Below, one piece after another: positions 19,866 through 27,256 of a stretch of DNA of 41,262 nt. Source of the DNA: Candidatus Cloacimonadota bacterium (lineage in GTDB: Bacteria; Muiribacteriota; UBA6191; JACPRK01). A model generated the notes under the pieces. It had not been told where the DNA came from and did not search any database. It saw nothing but the letters and a program-made list of their open reading frames with translations. The translations under genes were made by a program, and so were the position numbers. The first letter of the stretch is position 1; each line of letters starts with the position of its first letter. Where the stretch lies: NCBI GenBank assembly GCA_021772705.1, contig JAJFLN010000763.1, forward strand, positions 1 through 41,262, written 5' to 3'.

Positions 19866-20071
19866 GAGCGGTACGCTGCCCCAAGTGGTTCCCATGAAGT
19901 GACCCATCTGGAGTGCTCGCCCCCGCGACATTCCTGAAACCGGGGCTCCCGGCTCGGCTCATTCTTTGATGACGGCTTCATCGCCGACCCCAATCAGTCC
20001 ATGACCCGGGACCTGAACCCAGCTGGCTACCAATCTCGCTACGAGCCACTTCACCTGCAAAGGAGGCAATC

Positions 20072-20863
20072 ATGACTTCCCTCCAGATTCACATGCTGAC
20101 CTGGCCCACGATATTGACGGCTGCCGTCGGTCTGCTATTCGGGACAGTCTCGTCGGCGACGGGCTGCCTCTTTCTCCTCGCACTGTTCGTCGCCTATGGA
20201 AGCGGATTCAGAACCGTGCCGATCGGGCACGGAGCACTACTGGTTCTACTCGGAGTCCGGGTGCCGTCTGCCCATTTGGGGGAGGGACTGCTCTGGATTC
20301 CGCCCTATCCCATTGGAGATCTCCTGATCGTAGACCTGCGGGAGCAAACGTTGCCGCTCAGAGAACTAGTCTTTTACACGAAGGACGACATTCCGGTGCG
20401 GCTTGATGTGAATCTACAGTATCGAATCCTCGACATCTTCTGCTATTCCAATGCAGAGAGGGCCGTCGATGCTTTCCAGGCCGCCGTTCAGGACACTCTT
20501 CGTCGCACCGCATCATCCGTTCGGGCCCTGGAGCTTCCGGGGAACAGCGGAACAGCCCACAATCTCGGCCTGGTGAGGAACTCGGTCAACTCCGGCACGT
20601 TGCAGGACACATGTCGCCGCTGGGGATTGAGCCTGGTTCAGGCACATCTGACGAATCTTCGGCTGCCAGCCGCGATCGAAGCTGCCACCACAGCAGCGAA
20701 GCGCTCCGAGTATCTCGCCGAGATCGTCAGGAAGCTGGCATCAGAGCTGGGCATTTCGACGGAGCGCGCCCTGGACATGATTCAGGTCGACTTCGGCCAG
20801 ACTACCCGGAACATCATCGACGGCGACTTGCTTCGCAACCTGCTCGGTGGGGGTGCCAGGTGA
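20072..20863 (+). CDS. SPFH / Band-7 (stomatin-prohibitin-like) membrane protein
   Basis: AAAGGAGG RBS. N-terminal TM helix. SPFH core FRTVPIGHGALLVLLGVRVP ... LLWIPPYPIGDLLIVDLREQTL ... FYTKDDIPVRLDVNLQYRI. Confidence 0.75.
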   Translation: MTSLQIHMLTWPTILTAAVGLLFGTVSSATGCLFLLALFVAYGSGFRTVPIGHGALLVLLGVRVPSAHLGEGLLWIPPYPIGDLLIVDLREQTLPLRELVFYTKDDIPVRLDVNLQYRILDIFCYSNAERAVDAFQAAVQDTLRRTASSVRALELPGNSGTAHNLGLVRNSVNSGTLQDTCRRWGLSLVQAHLTNLRLPAAIEAATTAAKRSEYLAEIVRKLASELGISTERALDMIQVDFGQTTRNIIDGDLLRNLLGGGAR

Positions 20864-21031
20864 TGCCGGGTTGCTGGGGATAGCCGAGCCATGAGGGACC
20901 CGACGCCATTTGCTTCTCGTAGCACGGGAGGCTGCGCAGACCACGCCTTCGCCATTGTCGCGTGCAGCGAATTCCCTTTCGGACTGAGCGCTCATCTCCA
21001 CCGCAGCGGCGAATCCAGGTCCAGGGTTCGA

Positions 21032-21526
21032 TCAAGAAGTGGAGGAGGAACTCGAAGTCGACGGCAGTCGCTTCAGCGCGTCACCCAGCTTCCAGGGAGG
21101 CTCGCCTCGGACTTTCGCTTCCGCCACATCCTGACGGGTCGCATCGGGTCTACCCGATTCCCGCCGGAAGACACCCAGTTCCCGATTGCTGACCGTAGCC
21201 TGTACGACCTGACCGTCACCCCTGTCGATCTCGATGGCTTCTCGAGTCCCTCGCAGATCCTTCTTGGTGGCGGTCTTTCGGGACCCGGACTTTCCTGTCC
21301 TTGCCCGGCGCTTCGTCCTGACGCCACGCTTCGGTGCCGCAAGTGGGGTGGGCTTGATCGGAACGGCAACCGCAGGAGGGGTCTCCCGGCCCGCTTGACC
21401 TGTCGCCTCCAAGGCAACGACCTGCTTGTCGCCAACCAGTACTGAGAGAATGTCCCCGTCCGACATTCCCAGGCCACGAAGCGTGGCGATGGTGGATTTC
21501 ATGACTTCTCGTGTCTCTTGATTCAT
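21032..21526 (-). CDS. small basic (Lys/Arg-rich) hypothetical protein
   Basis: 164 aa. GGGAGG RBS 5 nt upstream of the ATG on the minus strand. The K/R-rich central segment suggests nucleic-acid binding. Confidence 0.45.
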   Translation of the reverse strand: MNQETREVMKSTIATLRGLGMSDGDILSVLVGDKQVVALEATGQAGRETPPAVAVPIKPTPLAAPKRGVRTKRRARTGKSGSRKTATKKDLRGTREAIEIDRGDGQVVQATVSNRELGVFRRESGRPDATRQDVAEAKVRGEPPWKLGDALKRLPSTSSSSSTS

Positions 21527-21872
21527 GGCTGCCTCCCGGACATCGACTCGATGGTCTCAGTCTACCATCCCGGAGCAGGTTGATTGACGAAGCGGCGCAA
21601 TTCCCGCCCTATAGGAGTGACAAAGGTGGGCCGATTTACATCGACTCCCGGCATCTATCTGGTATCCTGAAGAGGTTGTCGAGTAGGGATGCACGAAATG
21701 CAGCTCAGGGGGATGGGGAGGTCTTGGCATGAGGCGACCGACATCGAATGAAGTATGGGCGGGCCCGGTTGCCGTGAGGTCTTGGCTGACGGACTCTTTG
21801 TCGTTCCTGAGGGGTCCAGAGTGAGCTCGTGCGAAGCCCTGTAAGGCGGAGGCCGGGGGGGGAGGAAGACGC

Positions 21873-23276
21873 GTGAAGAAGTGGCTCTATCGTTACGAAA
21901 CCAAGGGGATCCAGTCCTGGATACTCGATAGTAATCTGATGCGTGATCTGGCCGGGGGAAGCGCGCTGGTAGAGAGCCTGACCGACGAGGCCGAGAAACA
22001 GGCGAAGATCGCCGGGGCTTCCGAGATCGTCCAGGCCACCTCGGGCTCGATGACCGCTGTCTTTCCCGACCAGAACTCTCTACAGAAGTTCGCGTCCACC
22101 TGGCCCATGGTTGTCGAGTGCCGGGCTCCCGGACTGCATCTGGTCCAGGCCTGGACGCTCGAGTCCGAGAGCCTCGGTAAACTGTTTCGCAAGCTTGGTC
22201 ATCGGCGTAACCGGGTACACGTCAGCGGCTTCGAGGCAGGTCCCTGGGTGCTGCGATCCGGTCGCTCGGGCCTTCCTGCCGTCCCCACACCGCCCGATAT
22301 TCGGAGCAAGGCTCGCATGACTGCCCTGGACGAGGCCGCGGTCGCGAAGGAGCGGGCACGAAACATGCAGGAAGCGGTGGGCGCTGTGACGGGGGGGCGA
22401 CCGTGGGGCGACTTCGAGCAGGAGGTGGATGACTGGATAGAAGGTCCGGTTGGCGTCATTCACGCCGACGGCAGCGGGGTGGGCCAGCGGCTCATCAACC
22501 TGGAGAACGACTACGAGAAGTTGAGAGCGTTCTCCGAGGCGTTGAAGGAAGCCACCCGGGATGCGACGGCCCGTGCTCTGGAAACACTGCCTGCAACCAG
22601 GAAGCTGCAGGCCCGGCCAATCGTCTCGGCTGGTGATGACCTCACCTACATAGTGCCCGGGGCGAGGGCACGGGCATTCGCGACCCGGTGGCTGCTTGCC
22701 CTGGAGGACGAGACGAAGAAGCGTGAAAGTGAGCTGGGAGGTGGGCTGTGGGGAGGGGCAGGAATCGCGTATGTCCACCGCCGTTTCCCCTTCTCCCGTG
22801 CCTATGAAATGGCCGAGAGTCTCTGCAAGGATGCCAAAGAGGCCGTGCGAGGGCGCCAGCAGAGTGTCATCGCCTTTCGGAGGCAGACCGCATCTCTGGC
22901 CGACAACGATTCTCCTGGTGGGATTGCCTGGGTGATCGAGGCCGGTGAACCGGGCTCGCCGCTGGATCGACTGGTTGAAGTCTTGAGAGAGCTTCCGAGA
23001 GGGCCTCTCCGAACCTGGCTGACCCTGTTCGAGCGAGGCGACGACGTCCGGGCGAGGCAGTTGTGGCAGCGGACGCAGGAAGTGGCGGACACGAAGGTCT
23101 GGGACCGTTTCCGGAGTGCCCTGACCGACGTCGGCGCAGACCCGAATACGGGCCGACTCGACACCGCCACCACGGGCAGGGCCGTCGCTCTCGGGGGAGT
23201 GACGACGCCCATCCGGGACGGACTTGCCTTGCGCCACATCGAAAAGGAGGTTCAGTCATGGCCTGCCGCCGATTGA
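21873..23276 (+). CDS. compact Cas10/mCpol-like palm-domain protein (GGDEF-type nucleotide cyclase fold), with no HD domain and no zinc finger
   Basis: GTG start after a GGGAGGAAG RBS. N-terminal YETKGIQSWILDSNLMRDLAGGSALVESL (the Cas10-type GIQxFI ... GGS motif). Metal-binding VIHADGSGVG. Cyclase motif IVSAGDDLTYI (GGDD-like). Post-motif GGAGIAYVHRRFPFSRAYEMAESLCKDAKEA. Lacks the Cys cluster expected for a Cas10 treble-clef domain. Confidence 0.6.
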   Translation: MKKWLYRYETKGIQSWILDSNLMRDLAGGSALVESLTDEAEKQAKIAGASEIVQATSGSMTAVFPDQNSLQKFASTWPMVVECRAPGLHLVQAWTLESESLGKLFRKLGHRRNRVHVSGFEAGPWVLRSGRSGLPAVPTPPDIRSKARMTALDEAAVAKERARNMQEAVGAVTGGRPWGDFEQEVDDWIEGPVGVIHADGSGVGQRLINLENDYEKLRAFSEALKEATRDATARALETLPATRKLQARPIVSAGDDLTYIVPGARARAFATRWLLALEDETKKRESELGGGLWGGAGIAYVHRRFPFSRAYEMAESLCKDAKEAVRGRQQSVIAFRRQTASLADNDSPGGIAWVIEAGEPGSPLDRLVEVLRELPRGPLRTWLTLFERGDDVRARQLWQRTQEVADTKVWDRFRSALTDVGADPNTGRLDTATTGRAVALGGVTTPIRDGLALRHIEKEVQSWPAAD

Positions 23277-23980
23277 GATTCTCCCTGTCGAGCTACTGGC
23301 ACATCGGCTCCGGAGTAGGCGCCGAGGCCGTGGCCGACGCTCAGGTTCTGCGAGACGGCGACGGGTTACCGCTCGTTCCCGGCCGAACGGTGAAGGGACT
23401 GTTGCGAGAGGCGATGGAACTGGCCACTCGATCCGGACGAGTCGCGGCCGATCGTCCGGTTCGCTGGTTTGGTTCCTGCTTGCCGGGAGTTCCTCCTCCT
23501 ACGCCAGGCCAGGAAACACCTGAAGTGGGAGATGTACAGGAGGTCCGCCTGGAAGAGGGTCGGTTCTCCACCCACGAGGGAGCACTCTGGTTCGGGTCGG
23601 CCTGTCTTTCCGACGACTGGCGCCAGTGGGCACGGAGGCTCAAGAAGAACTCCGTCAGTTCCAGCTCTTCGGAGAGCGAAAACAGCAGTGAAGCGGGCTC
23701 AAATTCGCAACAGAACGAACTTGATCTTTTCACGTTGCAATCACTCTTCACCTATGTCGCTTCGACCGCCATCGACTCTCGTGGAGTCGCCCGCGAGCAC
23801 TCGCTGCGCGTCTCGGAAGTCACGGTGCCCATGGATCTCACCTGCCAGGTTCGGGGGCCTGATGACGATCTCTCCTGGGTAGAGGACCTCCGGGCGAGCC
23901 TTCCGCTGCTGCGAGCGCTCGGAAAGCGACGAAGCCGTGGCTATGGGCGGGTCGAGGTGACCATGGAGGAGGACTCATGA
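23258..23980 (+). CDS. RAMP superfamily protein (Cas5/Cas7-like)
   Basis: ATG 23258 follows an AAAAGGAGG RBS and overlaps the upstream gene by 19 nt. RAMP motif LPLVPGRTVKGLLREA. C-terminal G-rich loop LGKRRSRGYGRVEV. Confidence 0.7.
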   Translation: MACRRLRFSLSSYWHIGSGVGAEAVADAQVLRDGDGLPLVPGRTVKGLLREAMELATRSGRVAADRPVRWFGSCLPGVPPPTPGQETPEVGDVQEVRLEEGRFSTHEGALWFGSACLSDDWRQWARRLKKNSVSSSSSESENSSEAGSNSQQNELDLFTLQSLFTYVASTAIDSRGVAREHSLRVSEVTVPMDLTCQVRGPDDDLSWVEDLRASLPLLRALGKRRSRGYGRVEVTMEEDS

Positions 23981-25422
23981 GCCGGTTTCATCGCATCGAA
24001 CTCGACCTGGAGCTGCTGACCGATGTCTGTCTCAGCACTTCGAATCGCACTCTGGGGGAGGCGCAGACGCATGCCTTTGTCCCGGGACGAACGCTCTGGG
24101 GTGCAGCGGCTTCAGCCGCCTATCGATCCGGTATGTCCGATCAGGAAGCGTTCCGGCTGTTCCACCGGGGAGCGGTTCGAGTCCTCGACGCCGTTCCCAT
24201 GGCCGATGGCGCCCGGGCTTACCCGGCCCCGCGAAGCTGGCACGAGCCGAAAGCCAGGGTTAAACCTGCCGGAGCGGCGGCGTCAGATCAGGTGTACAAC
24301 TTTGCTCTCGAAGCCGCACGGAACGGGCAGGAGGGAGTGCAGTGCAAGCCTCTCGGGGACCACTGGGTAACTCCGGATCGGAGGTACGTGGAAGTGACGA
24401 GCACGTACTCTCTGCGCACAGCTATCGGCTCCGCGGGACGAGCTCGGGAGGGGCTTCTCTTCGGTCTCCCGGTGATACTGGCGGGAACAAAGCTGGCCGG
24501 CGCCCTGATCGGTCTGAAGTCTGACGTGGAGCAAGTGGCGGCCCTTCTCACGGATCGGGAGCTCTACCTGGGCCGCTCGCGGAACACCGAACTCGGGCTT
24601 GTGCGCGCCAGCCGCCGAGACGGAGGTTTCAGAAGCCTGGCCCACGGCCAGGGGCGGGTGACATCAGTCTCTTTTCTCTGCGTGTCACGATGCATCCTTC
24701 GCAGACCGGACACGGGGGAGCCGACATTGATTCCCTTCCCTGAAGCCTTCGGACTGGACTCATTCTGGACAAACGACGAAGCCTCGAGCTTCGTTCGCAC
24801 GGTTCGTGTCACTCACTTCAACAGCAAGCGCTGCCGCCCGGAACGGGAACGCTATGCTCTGGAGCGTGGATCGGTGCTGACGTTCTCCTCCGGCTCCTCC
24901 GATGTGGACCTGGGAGCGCTGGTGGACTTCGTCGAGGGCGGTGTCGGCGAGCATCTGGGAGAAGGCTACGGCGACGTCGTGGTGGCTCCCGAATGGCTGA
25001 CGGTGGGGAACCTCACTTTGGCCGCGGAGTCGCAAACTCCAGCAAGTTCCGGGAAGGCCCCGAGCGATGAGTTGTACGCCTGGGCCTGCCAACGGGCTGG
25101 CCAGAGACGGCTTGCCGTCGACCTCTACGAGTCTGCCTGCGATGCTGCCCGAGGGCTTCAGTCCAATGGCGTACCGGCGGCTCAGTGGGGAACCCTGCAT
25201 CGCATGGCGCGTCAGGCCAGGTTCCGGGCCGACGGCAGTCCACTTCTGCAAGAGGTGCAGGAGTACCTGAAATCGGGAAAGAGGGGTATCGCATCGGTGT
25301 GGCGAAGTGCCAGGAAGCCGCTGCTGGAAGCTTGCGAGAAGCGAAAGAGTGAGGAATTGCCGCTGTTTCTGGAACATCTCGCGAGTGCCTGCATGCGGCC
25401 GGCGGGGGGGGATGACCGATGA
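23977..25422 (+). CDS. RAMP superfamily protein with a C-terminal extension
   Basis: ATGA-coupled to the gene upstream. RAMP motif HAFVPGRTLWGAAASA. G-rich loop EGGVGEHLGEGYGDVVV. Confidence 0.65.
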   Translation: MSRFHRIELDLELLTDVCLSTSNRTLGEAQTHAFVPGRTLWGAAASAAYRSGMSDQEAFRLFHRGAVRVLDAVPMADGARAYPAPRSWHEPKARVKPAGAAASDQVYNFALEAARNGQEGVQCKPLGDHWVTPDRRYVEVTSTYSLRTAIGSAGRAREGLLFGLPVILAGTKLAGALIGLKSDVEQVAALLTDRELYLGRSRNTELGLVRASRRDGGFRSLAHGQGRVTSVSFLCVSRCILRRPDTGEPTLIPFPEAFGLDSFWTNDEASSFVRTVRVTHFNSKRCRPERERYALERGSVLTFSSGSSDVDLGALVDFVEGGVGEHLGEGYGDVVVAPEWLTVGNLTLAAESQTPASSGKAPSDELYAWACQRAGQRRLAVDLYESACDAARGLQSNGVPAAQWGTLHRMARQARFRADGSPLLQEVQEYLKSGKRGIASVWRSARKPLLEACEKRKSEELPLFLEHLASACMRPAGGDDR

Positions 25423-26822
25423 CCGACCATCCCTGGCTGGAGTTCGAACTGGGTCTGGTGACAATCGAGCTGGAATCCGCTTTCGCCGTCAGCACATCAG
25501 AAGGGGACAACCTCTTCGATTCCGTCTTCGTCACCGATGCCAACGGGCTGCCCTCCATTCCGGCGGAGAGTCTGGCGGGCATTCTCCGACATGCCCTGGC
25601 GGGTCCGAATGATCCGAGCACTGACCCCATCTGTCGTCAGGTGTTCGGGTATCAGGAGAAGGATCAAGGAGATGCCTCTCGCGTGCGTTTGAGCTTCGCC
25701 CAGCCACACGGGTGCACCGATCGACCTGTCCCCTTTCGAGGTGCATCCCTGGATGATAAGGTGCTCGAATTCCTGGCCGCCGGGGTCGGTCGAGATCACG
25801 TGCGAATCGGCGGGCACGGTGTCGTGGATGGGCGAGGCAAGTTCGACGAGTTGCTCGTTCCGGCAGGGGCGCGGTTCACCTTCGAGATGTGTGTCTCCAG
25901 TCAGAGCCCGTGCCGTTTGGCAGATCTGGTTGCCCAGCTGGGCCGGGTCGAGGTTCGCATCGGCCGGGGAACCCGCCGTGGCCTGGGACGCTTCCGTGTC
26001 GAACGGGTCCGATCAGTCAAGCTCGACCTGACGAAACCGGAGGATCTGAACCGACTGGACCGACTGCCTGTTGCTCTGGAGAAGCTGGCGGACTCGAAGG
26101 AACTGACTGAAGAGAAGACCGATGGGCAGCTTGAACAAGAGGGATGGCTTCAGGCCGAAGTAACCCTTCAACCGATTGGTACCTGGATTGTGGGTAACGG
26201 GGTTCCTACCGGCCGTGAGCCTCCCCGGTCCGATGAGGGCACCTGGGACCGGCTGCCATTGACGGAGCATCGGATAGTCTGGGACGGACCGGGTGATGCA
26301 AGTCAGGGTCGCGTGGAGGAACGGGCACCCTTTCTCATCCCGGCAAGCTCCGTCAAGGGGGCGCTGCGTCATCGTACGGCCTTTCACGCTCGCCGGCGAG
26401 AGGGCATCTGGCTGGATCCGGAAACCGGGAGCGTTGACGAAACGCCGGAGGAGAGGGAGTTGTTCGGGGAGGTTCGAGGTGGAACGGAAGGTCGTCCTGG
26501 CCAGGTCCAGATCTCGGACGTCTATATCGCCAAAGAAGTTCCCTATGTTTCATTGCAGCATGTGAGCAGCGACCGCTTTACCCAGGGCCCCATGGATCAC
26601 TTGCTGTTCGACGAGGTCGTTCTGGGCAAGACCCGTTTCACCCTGGACATCGCGGTCCAGGAGCGAGATCTCTCGGAGGTGGCCCGTCGAGCCCTGGACG
26701 ACGCGTTGAATGACCTCTGCGCCGGGCGATTGGCCTTCGGCGCCGGACGCGGACACGGGCGCTTCAAGGGCAAAGTGCAATGGAAGAACGACCGGGGCCT
26801 GATCGCCCGGGAGGTCGCATGA
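25419..26822 (+). CDS. fusion of two RAMP (Cas7-like) domains
   Basis: First RAMP motif LPSIPAESLAGILRHAL with G-loop RIGRGTRRGLGRFRV. Second motif FLIPASSVKGALRHRTAF with terminal G-loop FGAGRGHGRFKGKV. ATGA coupling at both ends. Confidence 0.7.
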   Translation: MTDHPWLEFELGLVTIELESAFAVSTSEGDNLFDSVFVTDANGLPSIPAESLAGILRHALAGPNDPSTDPICRQVFGYQEKDQGDASRVRLSFAQPHGCTDRPVPFRGASLDDKVLEFLAAGVGRDHVRIGGHGVVDGRGKFDELLVPAGARFTFEMCVSSQSPCRLADLVAQLGRVEVRIGRGTRRGLGRFRVERVRSVKLDLTKPEDLNRLDRLPVALEKLADSKELTEEKTDGQLEQEGWLQAEVTLQPIGTWIVGNGVPTGREPPRSDEGTWDRLPLTEHRIVWDGPGDASQGRVEERAPFLIPASSVKGALRHRTAFHARRREGIWLDPETGSVDETPEERELFGEVRGGTEGRPGQVQISDVYIAKEVPYVSLQHVSSDRFTQGPMDHLLFDEVVLGKTRFTLDIAVQERDLSEVARRALDDALNDLCAGRLAFGAGRGHGRFKGKVQWKNDRGLIAREVA

Positions 26823-27256
26823 CAGACATGGTGGTTGAACTGGGCGCCTGCTACTGTTCCCTGAAACGGGAGAGAACCGGAAGCACGTCGAAGCAAGAAG
26901 AAGCGTGGCGGTTCCTGCCTTCCGATGGCCAGGGTGTAGTGGTGCTCTCCGACGCAGTTCGCCGGTTCAAGCCGGGCGTTTCAGAGGGCCTTCTGGTCGA
27001 GGCTGATGTTACGCAGGGCTCGATGACGACCCTGGTCCGGATGAGTCCCGATGGATGGCAGGCCTGGCAATGGCGAGAAACGGACGGCAGTTCACACTGT
27101 TATGTGGAGAGGGACTACCTGTCTTCCGAACCCTCGCGAGACGCTCCTTCCCTCCTACGTTATCGTCACTACTGGACTCTCGAAGAGGATGATGGGATTC
27201 GAGTCTGGCACCCGGTCGGCTCCCGTTTCTGTGGCTTTGTGGAGGATGTCAAATGA
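26819..27256 (+). CDS. small protein of unknown function (by position a candidate small-subunit analogue)
   Basis: 145 aa. ATGA-coupled between the RAMP genes. No recognisable motif, and it does not look like an obviously helical Cas11. Confidence 0.4.
   Translation: MTDMVVELGACYCSLKRERTGSTSKQEEAWRFLPSDGQGVVVLSDAVRRFKPGVSEGLLVEADVTQGSMTTLVRMSPDGWQAWQWRETDGSSHCYVERDYLSSEPSRDAPSLLRYRHYWTLEEDDGIRVWHPVGSRFCGFVEDVK

Noticed and set aside
20891-21445. 184-aa plus-strand ORF
   Set aside because: It overlaps the minus-strand 164-aa gene, which has a good GGGAGG RBS. The plus frame is Arg/Ser-rich, low-complexity, and without an RBS.
22080-23259. Minus-strand ORFs of 385, 145 and 130 aa
   Set aside because: Antisense to the Cas10-like gene. 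They are Arg/Pro-rich with no motifs.
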